NCBI GenBank assembly: GCA_020697715.1
Contig: JAEHCO010000001.1
Coordinates: 288,001 to 352,000, forward strand
DNA from: Methanobacteriota archaeon
Lineage (GTDB): Archaea > Thermoplasmatota > Thermoplasmata > SG8-5 > JAGLSY01
Direction: 5' to 3'
Length of the DNA: 64,000 nt
Shown: piece after piece, positions 9,227 to 17,377 of the stretch
Numbering within the stretch: position 1 is the first letter of the stretch
Layout of the letters: the number at the start of each line of letters is the position of its first letter
The notes under the pieces: model-generated
What the model was told of the DNA's origin: nothing
The model's input: the letters and a program-made list of their open reading frames with translations, nothing else
Database searches by the model: none
Made by a program: the position numbers and the translations under genes

Positions 9227-10186
9227 CTATTCCGCCATTTCTATATTTTTTGGAAAGAATTTGCATTCACACAATTTTTTATTACACGATACACAAGCAA
9301 ATTCACCATCATATTTATAACAATCGTTAAGCACATCCTCTAAAGACAACAATTTAAATTTATTTGTGTCTATTATTCCTCTAATTTTGTTCAAAATAGA
9401 GCAATACCAAGAAAATATATCTGCCATTTCAACTATCATATCCATTTTTGCCTTAATTAATCGTTTTGTAATCATATCTGGATCTAATGATGTATAGTCG
9501 ATTTTGTCATCTTTCTTAATGAATTTTTCATACGCATCTACTATCCCCTCAATTGTCGACAATCTATTAATGAAATCCATATCAATTTCGTCGATTTCTT
9601 CAATAACTCCTGCCAACTGGCTTAGCTCACGTATCGCCTTTGCTTCTTCCCCTACTTCTTCAAGAAAATGGAAACCAATGTTTTCTACTGAGAGCATATA
9701 TGTTGTTTGGCCATATATTTTATCAAAAACAGATTGCCAGTTTTGAATAGTATATCTCTCAAATTTTATGTGTTCATCATTCTCACATGTTAGTTTTGCA
9801 TTAAGCAATCTCCTGTATCCGGCAGCTTTGTCTTTTCCACCATCCATTATCTTAGGTTCACATCTGCATGGAGATATATGGCAATGCCCACAAACTACTG
9901 GATATTTAAAAGATATAATGTCAGATAATGACTCTGAAAAGCCGAATACCGAATCTTCGAGTGAATTACATTTGTTGATATAAGTACACATCCAACAGAA
10001 AGAATGTGCAGCCTCATCTAATAATTCAGTAAAATCATATTTCCTGATACTTTCGCCAATAGCACTACAATGGGCAGACAATGCAATCCAGATTTGCTCA
10101 ATATTTTTTTCTTTATCATTTTCCCCATATATTGCTTTAAATTTCTCCGTCCAGTCCGTTATAGATATATCTTCAACCATATACAT
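9227..10186 (-). CDS. Tandem MazG-like nucleotide pyrophosphohydrolase with two Zn-ribbons
   Basis: Two repeats (W...F..IYG): the C-terminal copy has FLEEVGE..KAIR and EMADIFSW; the N-terminal copy has degenerate AHCSAIGESIR and EAAHSFCW; each ends in CxxC...CxC, like the small archaeal MazG family. Confidence 0.8.
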   Translation of the reverse strand: MYMVEDISITDWTEKFKAIYGENDKEKNIEQIWIALSAHCSAIGESIRKYDFTELLDEAAHSFCWMCTYINKCNSLEDSVFGFSESLSDIISFKYPVVCGHCHISPCRCEPKIMDGGKDKAAGYRRLLNAKLTCENDEHIKFERYTIQNWQSVFDKIYGQTTYMLSVENIGFHFLEEVGEEAKAIRELSQLAGVIEEIDEIDMDFINRLSTIEGIVDAYEKFIKKDDKIDYTSLDPDMITKRLIKAKMDMIVEMADIFSWYCSILNKIRGIIDTNKFKLLSLEDVLNDCYKYDGEFACVSCNKKLCECKFFPKNIEMAE

Positions 10187-10191
10187 CCTTC

Positions 10192-11157
10192 CTATTCTCG
10201 ATCAATTATTTGTTCTCCATAATATCTAGCAGAGTGATCTGATGAACTTACATATAAAAAATATTTTATTTCTGAATTGATATTCCCTATCAAGATTTTC
10301 TGGCCAGGCTTATCTCCTTGTGTATAAATTTTCCCATCGCCAATAAGTAAAAATACGCTATTGTGCCTTTTATCTATTTTAGTAAAACATTTAATATTGT
10401 ATTTTTTGCACTTCTTCTTTAGCTTTCTTAATATATCAATGTAATCAGCTTCCTTCAAAAGTTCTTCCTTTTTTGCCAGGTGAGATGGTATGAACCTTTG
10501 AATATACCATTTTTTAATACTTTTTTGTTTTAGATATTCTGGAATCCTAAGCATGGATTCATCATTGCGTTTATGGAGAACACTCTGAATGGCGAGATTA
10601 ATACCTTTGGATTTGAACCAATCAATGTTTTCTAGCTTTTTAAAATAAAGTTCCCTATCTGCTTCCTTCTTCTTTCCAAGGGTTCTAAAAATAGTTTCAG
10701 TTTGAGGTCTTACTGCATCTAATGAAATGCGAACCAAAATATTCTTTTGCTTAATGATTTTTAATAATTCTTTATCAGGCCTAATCGTTCCATTTGTATC
10801 TATGATTATTCCTTTATCGATACGCTTCAACAAAGAAATTAAATCATCTCTTTTTTTAGGCAGTAATGGCTCCCCTCCAGTTATAACCACCACGAAAAAT
10901 GGTGATTCATTAATCCAATTAATTAATTTTTCAGAAATAACGAGATCCCCTACTTTATGCATTTCAAAATCTTTAGCTACACAATGCTTACATTTCATAT
11001 TGCAATCAAAGGTTAAGTCGATGTTGAGGAGCAAAGGATTGCTTACGTATGGAGTCTGCCTATTTTTTTCAAATTCTTTAGTAGGTTTTATGTTAAAAGT
11101 ATGATTAACAGTATTATATTCCACTTTACCCCAATCTTCTTTTCTTGATATTATCAT
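10192..11157 (-). CDS. Radical SAM enzyme without SPASM domain, viperin-like layout
   Basis: CNMKCKHC, ITGGEP, DTNG, RISLD, KWYIQRF, NSVFLLIGDGKIY; no C-terminal auxiliary-cluster cysteines. Radical SAM assignment is firm; the viperin link is inference. Confidence 0.8.
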   Translation of the reverse strand: MIISRKEDWGKVEYNTVNHTFNIKPTKEFEKNRQTPYVSNPLLLNIDLTFDCNMKCKHCVAKDFEMHKVGDLVISEKLINWINESPFFVVVITGGEPLLPKKRDDLISLLKRIDKGIIIDTNGTIRPDKELLKIIKQKNILVRISLDAVRPQTETIFRTLGKKKEADRELYFKKLENIDWFKSKGINLAIQSVLHKRNDESMLRIPEYLKQKSIKKWYIQRFIPSHLAKKEELLKEADYIDILRKLKKKCKKYNIKCFTKIDKRHNSVFLLIGDGKIYTQGDKPGQKILIGNINSEIKYFLYVSSSDHSARYYGEQIIDRE

Positions 11158-12323
11158 TTGAATGCCACCATAATTTTTTCAGGGTGTTTTTTCCTAATTA
11201 CAAAATGCTTTTTTGATACATTTCTCAGCCCTAGATGGTGCCTTTTTTCATCAAATACAATCTTTGTTTGGAATCCATAACATTTCAGCAAGTCTGATAA
11301 AGCAGTATCGATCTCTATAATTTCACCCCTATGCATATTGTCTTGCACGACAACATACAACTTGCCATTTTTAGATAAACTCTGGATTATATTTTCAAAG
11401 GTCCTAAATAAAGTATCAAAATAACGAGTGTAATATTTTGAGTAATACATTACATCTTTTTCCTTCTTTTGTTCAATTGTTGTGATTAAATTAGATAGAT
11501 AGGGTGATTTTGAAAATAGATATTTTTTTCCATGAATAAAACTATCATAAGCTCTGACTGTATTAGTTCCAATTAAATTGGATGGCTTAACTGGAAATCC
11601 AACATTAGAAAGAAAGAAGTTCTCTGGGCCATATAATCGATGATAATCCAACCTATTGGGGTATGGAGGGGAAGTGACAATTAGATCAACAAGTTTAGGT
11701 GTTTTTGCTGTTATTGCATTTTTTATATCAATTACACAACTGCCTTCCACTGTAGGTTCATTGTTTTCATATGATTCTTTATAATACTTTTCAAAACGTT
11801 GAATAGTATCATCCACAATATCATCTAGAGATTTATACGAAGAAATGCCTCCTGCTTTTACCCAAGTTCTATTTTTTGATTTCTCAAAAGATGAATAATT
11901 TCGTAGAGAAACAAGTAATAGAGCCTTAAGAAGAGCCTTCTCTATTTGCTCATATTTTTCAGTAGTCTGCCAAGCTTTGCATAGCCCTTTTAATGTATCT
12001 TTATCATACCAGTCATCTGAAATTATTGAACTTTGATTTTTAACAGATGATAAACATTTTTTTAATTCCTCATAAAACCACTCAGTTCCATTTTTTTTGT
12101 AAGTGTTATATGCATCAATTTTTTTTGCACTATTTACAAAGAAATGAATTGGTAAAACATCATATAGATAAGCATTATGGCCATTTTTTTCGATAAACGG
12201 TATCAAAGGAGCCGTGCCTGCCATAGGGTCTAAAATTGTTGCAGGTGCACTCAATATTTCATCTTTAATATACTCCTGAACACTATTACGATAGGTTGCA
12301 TATTCAGACGAAAGTAATTTCAT
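11154..12323 (-). CDS. DNA amino-methyltransferase (N4-cytosine/N6-adenine type, SPPY)
   Basis: Motif I ILDPMAGT near the N-terminus, motif IV DLIVTSPPY, C-terminal LSKNGKLYVVVQD; stop overlaps the ATG of the radical SAM gene. Confidence 0.85.
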   Translation of the reverse strand: MKLLSSEYATYRNSVQEYIKDEILSAPATILDPMAGTAPLIPFIEKNGHNAYLYDVLPIHFFVNSAKKIDAYNTYKKNGTEWFYEELKKCLSSVKNQSSIISDDWYDKDTLKGLCKAWQTTEKYEQIEKALLKALLLVSLRNYSSFEKSKNRTWVKAGGISSYKSLDDIVDDTIQRFEKYYKESYENNEPTVEGSCVIDIKNAITAKTPKLVDLIVTSPPYPNRLDYHRLYGPENFFLSNVGFPVKPSNLIGTNTVRAYDSFIHGKKYLFSKSPYLSNLITTIEQKKEKDVMYYSKYYTRYFDTLFRTFENIIQSLSKNGKLYVVVQDNMHRGEIIEIDTALSDLLKCYGFQTKIVFDEKRHHLGLRNVSKKHFVIRKKHPEKIMVAFK

Positions 12324-12428
12324 TAAAAAGGGCAGGGCTTGTTTGTACTTAAATATTAGCTATTTTAGCCTTGTATAGATGTAAATGCCCATCTCTCAAA
12401 AATGTTTATTCACCTCTTTAATTAAAGG

Positions 12429-12453
12429 TGCCAGGCCCTATTCAGGCCTGGCA
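12429..12453 (-). terminator. Hairpin downstream of AOR gene
   Basis: TGCCAGGCC-CTATTCA-GGCCTGGCA, perfect 9-bp stem 10 nt after the AOR stop codon. Confidence 0.55.
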
Positions 12454-12462
12454 TTCGAACGC

Positions 12463-14823
12463 TCACCACTTTTCCCAGTACTTCGCATCATCTGTCGGTG
12501 GCTTCTCATCTCCCACGTAGTCACCGCCCCAAGTGTTCAGGCCAGCTGCTTCATCTTCATCGATCTTCTGCTGAAGCATTTCCAGCATCTTGGTCTCGTC
12601 AGCGAATCCAAGCGAGATCATCTTCTGAACTGTCGGCACTCCATTGTGTGTCCATCCTCTTCGGAAGTAAACCGCATCCGCCAGCTTCTGATACCTGTTC
12701 TGGCGGTAATGGTACATCATCTTCATCCTGTCCTCGATGCTCATGGCTTCCAGGCTGTCTGCTGGAACTCCAATATCTTCCACCATCTGCTTGTCGTACA
12801 TTTCCTGGCGTGAGACGTATTCGAGGCGGGTTACGGGTCCCATGGATCTGTATGGTATCCAGTCGTCCGCACGTCTTCCGCGACCCATCCAGACATTCAT
12901 AGATCTTTGCCAGTTGTACGCTCTCTCGCTCTGGAGGATCAGATCTTCCTTGGTCACATTCCAGCCAGTTATCGCGTTCTGGATATCGACGTAGTTCTGC
13001 ACGTGGCCTGGAACCTTTGCCGGCTCCCCGGTTTCGGCATTATCCGCTGGCTCGACATCGTTCCATGGTAGTTTGCATAATCCGTTCAGTCCGAACCACG
13101 TTCTCCACATCGGGAAGTAGTGAAGCGCTTCAGCCTTATCAGCGAAGGTCGGGATCTGATTGTTCACCATGTCCATGAATATGAGCCAGGCCTCGTCGTG
13201 CTGCGGTCCTTTCAATGTCAAACCGTAGCCGCCCTGCATGGCCAAGCTTTCTTTGGTGACGTATTCTGAATATTCCAGACCCTTGGATTCCATTCCACAG
13301 TCCTCGATGAGTTGCTGATCTCCCCAGTTCTTGATCTTGAGCCAGTCCTTCACACGGCGTGCGCCCTTACCCGCTATCTTGACGAACTCGTCATCATCGC
13401 CAGCGGCCATCCTGTGGAGTAATTCCATCATCGCATCCGCGTTTCCAAAGCATAGTTCCAGACCACCGCATCTTTCCTTGTTCAGGATTCCATATTCGTA
13501 CATCTCCATGTAGAAAGCGATGGCAGTTCCTGTGGATATTGTGTCCAATCCGTATGTGTCACAGTAGAAGTTGAACTCCAGCACCCATAGTGGATCCCAG
13601 ATGCTCATATTGGACGAACAACCCAGTGTCTCGTATTCGGGCCCATCGACAGTCACTTTGTGACCCTTGTAAGGTCCGGTCATGACCGTGTAGCCGTCAG
13701 CGGCTTTCGCGCATGCCATCGTGCATCCGTACCAGCAACCGTCGGGTATCACCTGGGTCCACAATTTGTAGAAATGTGGCGAATATATCTTCGGTGCTTT
13801 CGGGTGCTGGCCAAATCGATAGTTCTCGGTTGGTAAAAGGTCATAGGCGTCCATGATCTCCACCAGGTGGCCGGTCCCAACGGTCCTCATATTGCACTGG
13901 TCCTTGTCCAGATCTCTCATTTCCTTGTGATAGTTCGCTCCTATTTCAGCAATTTTATCTAGATCGATAGCATCGTTGGTCGTGGCATCGAACTCGTCGA
14001 TCCTGGAAACAACGGCCTTGATCTTCTTGTGCCTCAGAACTGTTCCCAATCCACCGCGACCATGCTGCTTCAGCCTGGCTACCTTTCTTCTAATATCATA
14101 AAATGAGATGTTAAGACATCCCCAGTAAGAGTTCTCCGCTCCAGTTCCGGCGGATACGACAGCCACGCCCTGTTTGCCCTTCTCGGAATCCTCAAAAGCA
14201 TACAGGTGGGTCAATTGCTCAGCCAGCACATGGGAATTCGTTTCCTCGCCAGGCGCGGTCTCGATACGAACTTTTCCTTCGACACCGTCTATGAGGACGA
14301 TCACATCTTCATCGGCCTTTCCATGTATCTGGACAGCATCAAAGCCAGCAAATTTCATGTATGGCGCGAAGTAACCGCCAGCATTGGAGTCACATATGAT
14401 ATCGGTGGAAGGAGAAACAGATAGTGCCAGTGATTTTCCAAAGCCCGGATACTGTGTGGAACCGCACATCGGGCCCGCTGTCAGTACCAGTCCATTCTCA
14501 TCACTGTCCCAGCGTGTTGAAGGGTTGATGGAATCCCAGAGGAGCTTGAGACCGAATCCACGTCCTCCCGTGAATTTCTTCTTCATGTCCTCGGTTATTG
14601 GTATTTCCCTGATCTCCTTCTTTGTCAGGTCCACATACAGAGTGCGGCCAGCATAGCCCTTGACTATCGGCTTCTTCTCATAAGCGTATTCGGCCAGCAC
14701 GACATGGCTGGCCCTCAATGCGGCCAGATCCCACTTGTGTTCCGTGTTCCCTGTCTGGAAGCCAGTTGCCCGGTTTCCAATCAATTTTGCTTCTGCTTTA
14801 CAATTCTCATCACTCATCAGCAC
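12463..14823 (-). CDS. aor: Tungsten-containing aldehyde:ferredoxin oxidoreductase family enzyme
   Basis: GGRGFG, DSNAGG.FA, KFAGFD, GRGGLG, CWYGCTMAC, GPEYET, CDTYGLDTIS, YFRRGW...GVP motifs. Confidence 0.92.
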   Translation of the reverse strand: MLMSDENCKAEAKLIGNRATGFQTGNTEHKWDLAALRASHVVLAEYAYEKKPIVKGYAGRTLYVDLTKKEIREIPITEDMKKKFTGGRGFGLKLLWDSINPSTRWDSDENGLVLTAGPMCGSTQYPGFGKSLALSVSPSTDIICDSNAGGYFAPYMKFAGFDAVQIHGKADEDVIVLIDGVEGKVRIETAPGEETNSHVLAEQLTHLYAFEDSEKGKQGVAVVSAGTGAENSYWGCLNISFYDIRRKVARLKQHGRGGLGTVLRHKKIKAVVSRIDEFDATTNDAIDLDKIAEIGANYHKEMRDLDKDQCNMRTVGTGHLVEIMDAYDLLPTENYRFGQHPKAPKIYSPHFYKLWTQVIPDGCWYGCTMACAKAADGYTVMTGPYKGHKVTVDGPEYETLGCSSNMSIWDPLWVLEFNFYCDTYGLDTISTGTAIAFYMEMYEYGILNKERCGGLELCFGNADAMMELLHRMAAGDDDEFVKIAGKGARRVKDWLKIKNWGDQQLIEDCGMESKGLEYSEYVTKESLAMQGGYGLTLKGPQHDEAWLIFMDMVNNQIPTFADKAEALHYFPMWRTWFGLNGLCKLPWNDVEPADNAETGEPAKVPGHVQNYVDIQNAITGWNVTKEDLILQSERAYNWQRSMNVWMGRGRRADDWIPYRSMGPVTRLEYVSRQEMYDKQMVEDIGVPADSLEAMSIEDRMKMMYHYRQNRYQKLADAVYFRRGWTHNGVPTVQKMISLGFADETKMLEMLQQKIDEDEAAGLNTWGGDYVGDEKPPTDDAKYWEKW

Positions 14824-15260
14824 ACCCCCTGCTTGTGGTATACGGTTTCCTCAACTTCTTCTAGGTCGACCTCTACGAGCTCCAGTGCGCCATTTGGACA
14901 AGCGCTGACGCACTTGCCACAGGATATGCATTTGAAAGGAGTGATGACCGCAGGAGCCTTTCTCATGACCTCGCTGGAACAGAATCCCACACAGGCCTGA
15001 CAGCCGATACACAATTTCTTATTGATGACCACGGTGCCGCTTCCCAGCCTTCTTATCGCCTGGACCGGGCACATGTCGATGCACAGACCGCAATGATTGC
15101 AGTTCTCCATCACTAAGCCAGTATCGCCTTTTATGATCCTTATGGCGGACCATTCTCCACCATTCTCGTTCTTATGGTGGACATTGGAGCATGCTTTCTC
15201 GCATGCCAGATCGCCATCACATTTTGACGGATCGAACTTTATTATCTTGACAGTTGTCAT
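14817..15260 (-). CDS. Multi-[4Fe-4S] ferredoxin-like subunit (AOR partner)
   Basis: Four Cys clusters incl. CNHCGLCIDMCP, CIGCQACVGFC, CISCGKCVSACP; overlaps the AOR start. Confidence 0.9.
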   Translation of the reverse strand: MTTVKIIKFDPSKCDGDLACEKACSNVHHKNENGGEWSAIRIIKGDTGLVMENCNHCGLCIDMCPVQAIRRLGSGTVVINKKLCIGCQACVGFCSSEVMRKAPAVITPFKCISCGKCVSACPNGALELVEVDLEEVEETVYHKQGVC

Positions 15261-15271
15261 TCACACCACTC

Positions 15272-15961
15272 CTAAAGATAGAATATGGCGAACATCGCGA
15301 CCCAGCAGAAGGCTGAGACACTGGCTGCCACTCCGTAATAGTGTTCTTTCCTTATCTCGTAGACATTCATGTACAACTGCTTGGCCATCACAGCCACTGG
15401 TAATGAGATACCACCAAGAGCGGCAGCGAAGAAACCCCTACCGATTATAAGGGGCAGAACCGCGCTGAAGTTCGAGAAATTGAACATGCCAGTCGTTATG
15501 ACCGGAGTGAATATCTGTGTGAACATGTAGCCTGTGACGTAAATTGAGAATCCCGCTATAACGCCGATCATTGCCAGGCTTTTTGGGTTGACCAATGGAT
15601 TTCCGGCTTTTCTAATATCAAATACCGGTCTGTTGAATATCATCTCGAAGACCAAACCCTCAGCGGCTATAGCCAGTGCGGAGCAGATGACACAAGTGCC
15701 TATGGGAGCCCAGAACCTGAGCAATCCAGCAACAAGTGCCATGCCCAATTGCATGCCCAGAACATTGTACGTCTTCCTGGTGTAGGCCATTAGCCCGAGC
15801 CCGACCAGACCGCCCAAAAGAGCGCCCATCGGGAAATTGCTCATGACTCCTCCGAACTTCACACCGCCCAGCGTGCATTCCAGTAGTCCCCACATGGATC
15901 CAAATAATATGATCCCTGCCAGTATCTTCATCCTGTCTTTATTGTTCTTCATTTCTCTCAT
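15272..15961 (-). CDS. Integral membrane protein (about 6 TM), ECF S-component-like
   Basis: FGSMWGLLECTLG N-terminal motif, size and hydrophobicity similar to S-components; operonic with AOR. Confidence 0.6.
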   Translation of the reverse strand: MREMKNNKDRMKILAGIILFGSMWGLLECTLGGVKFGGVMSNFPMGALLGGLVGLGLMAYTRKTYNVLGMQLGMALVAGLLRFWAPIGTCVICSALAIAAEGLVFEMIFNRPVFDIRKAGNPLVNPKSLAMIGVIAGFSIYVTGYMFTQIFTPVITTGMFNFSNFSAVLPLIIGRGFFAAALGGISLPVAVMAKQLYMNVYEIRKEHYYGVAASVSAFCWVAMFAIFYL

Positions 15962-16737
15962 AGTAGATTCACCTCTATTCTTATGACATTTCTAACTTTG
16001 AATTTATTAATTTGATCATCTGGGAGATCGGGGAAGAAGCTTTTGAACTCATCCAAAACCAGATAACCGTTCTGGATACTGTCCCAGTCCACGATCTTGG
16101 AGTAGCCGTCCACTCCAGTTATTGTGTATGTGCGATTGGCCAGGTCCGTGAAGCCCGCATGCTCAAGCACATCTGCCAATTCCACTCCTTCATAAGATAC
16201 TCCGTCCTTGGTGAACTGGACAATATCCAATTCCTCAAATATACCATCCCATGTAAATTCTATGGATGAGCCCTTGAAGGAAGCATCTGGATCCATGTCC
16301 ATAACTACCAAGGCACCCAGTTCGATCTTCTCGATGGATTCAACATCCCTTATGCCGTAAGCCTTAGGGAGATGTGGGAAATAAGAAGCTGTGTCTTCTT
16401 CCAGCAGTATCCCTTGCATCATATCCATCCAGGACACGTTCTTCTGCCATCCGTCCTCCGCGATGATGGTGAACAATGTTTCATTTTTATCATCATCAAG
16501 TTCATTGCCAAAAGCAGTCAAGTTCAGGATATCGCTGAGAGCCAGTCCTTCTTTTCCATCCACTGTTTTGGTTTCCAGATCCTCGGCCAGCTCATCCCAG
16601 GTATATTCATGGCCATCGAACTCCATGGCGTCCCCGGTGTCAATGGCCTCGCCGTCCGGAAGCACAGCGTACAGTATGCCGATTATGATCACAGCTACAA
16701 CAACCAGTGCGATCCCGATTCCCAATTTCTCGCTCAT
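15958..16737 (-). CDS. Membrane-anchored protein with two molybdopterin-oxidoreductase-like (Oxidored_molyb-like) repeats
   Basis: N-terminal TM (MSEKLGIGIALVVVAVIIIGILY); repeats EGLALSDIL...IIAEDGW...PKAYGIRDVESIE and EGVELADVLEHAG...ITGVDGY...FKVRNVIRIE. Start at MSEKL after GGAGG. Confidence 0.6.
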   Translation of the reverse strand: MSEKLGIGIALVVVAVIIIGILYAVLPDGEAIDTGDAMEFDGHEYTWDELAEDLETKTVDGKEGLALSDILNLTAFGNELDDDKNETLFTIIAEDGWQKNVSWMDMMQGILLEEDTASYFPHLPKAYGIRDVESIEKIELGALVVMDMDPDASFKGSSIEFTWDGIFEELDIVQFTKDGVSYEGVELADVLEHAGFTDLANRTYTITGVDGYSKIVDWDSIQNGYLVLDEFKSFFPDLPDDQINKFKVRNVIRIEVNLL

Positions 16738-16810
16738 ATTGATTTCCTCCTTTTCAATTCGGAAATTTGTTTGCAATCACTTCGTTCTCGCAAACAAAAT
16801 CTCTCCATTA

Positions 16811-17266
16811 TTAACAGTTGATGCAGACTATATCGATAGTCACCAGGTCCCTGACCCAGAAGCTCTTTGTTTGTTCCGTGAATACAACCTTTTTGTCTTC
16901 CAGAACGATATAGCCAGTATTGACATCGTCCCAATCCACATCCTTCTGGTAGCCATCGGCTCCAGTGAATCTGTACTGGAATGTCTCATGATCCTGAATG
17001 TCCGCGTCCTCGATCATGTCACTGAGCTTCACGCCTTCAAAATCCAGGTCACCTACACTGAATGACACTATCTCATAATCATTCTCAATGTCATCCCATG
17101 TGAAGTCCACACCATTGACGATTATCTTATTGGTATCGCCCTGTGGGATAAGTGTGTAGGCGAAGGCCGCACATGATGTAACCAGTATCACCACGGCCAC
17201 GATGCCTAATACCAGATTAAGACGCTTGATATTCATCATCTGCCCCAACATTATCATTGTATTCAT
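16811..17266 (-). CDS. Membrane-anchored protein with one Oxidored_molyb-like repeat (paralog of downstream gene)
   Basis: TM helix then FTWDDI...FEGVKLSDMIEDA...FTGADGYQKDVDWDD...GYIVL...FWVRDLVTID. Confidence 0.6.
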   Translation of the reverse strand: MNTMIMLGQMMNIKRLNLVLGIVAVVILVTSCAAFAYTLIPQGDTNKIIVNGVDFTWDDIENDYEIVSFSVGDLDFEGVKLSDMIEDADIQDHETFQYRFTGADGYQKDVDWDDVNTGYIVLEDKKVVFTEQTKSFWVRDLVTIDIVCINC

Positions 17267-17377
17267 AAAGGTTTGGTTAAATCATGTGCACGTGTTGCAT
17301 TATCGACGCGCATATGTGCGATTTCCAACATACCAAACCATAAATAGCGGAATGACATTTAATGAATCATAGGACGG

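Larger units (their letters stand above)
7771..12340. other. AT-rich genomic islet (five co-oriented genes), probably horizontally acquired
   Basis: Visibly higher A+T content and long T/A runs compared with flanking genes such as the AOR gene; no integrase or transposase seen. Confidence 0.7.

Noticed and set aside
11154-12323. Classical type II restriction-modification system
   Set aside because: No neighbouring ORF resembles a PD-(D/E)xK or HNH endonuclease; all neighbours have other recognisable folds.
6855-12382. Short inverted match CTATACAAGG (about 6859) / CCTTGTATAG (12370) as terminal inverted repeats of the islet
   Set aside because: Only 10 bp perfect, no target-site duplication and no transposase; could be chance.
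16391-17065. 224-aa plus-strand Ser-rich ORF and many similar short antisense ORFs throughout the track
   Set aside because: They lie opposite well-supported genes and have no recognisable motifs.
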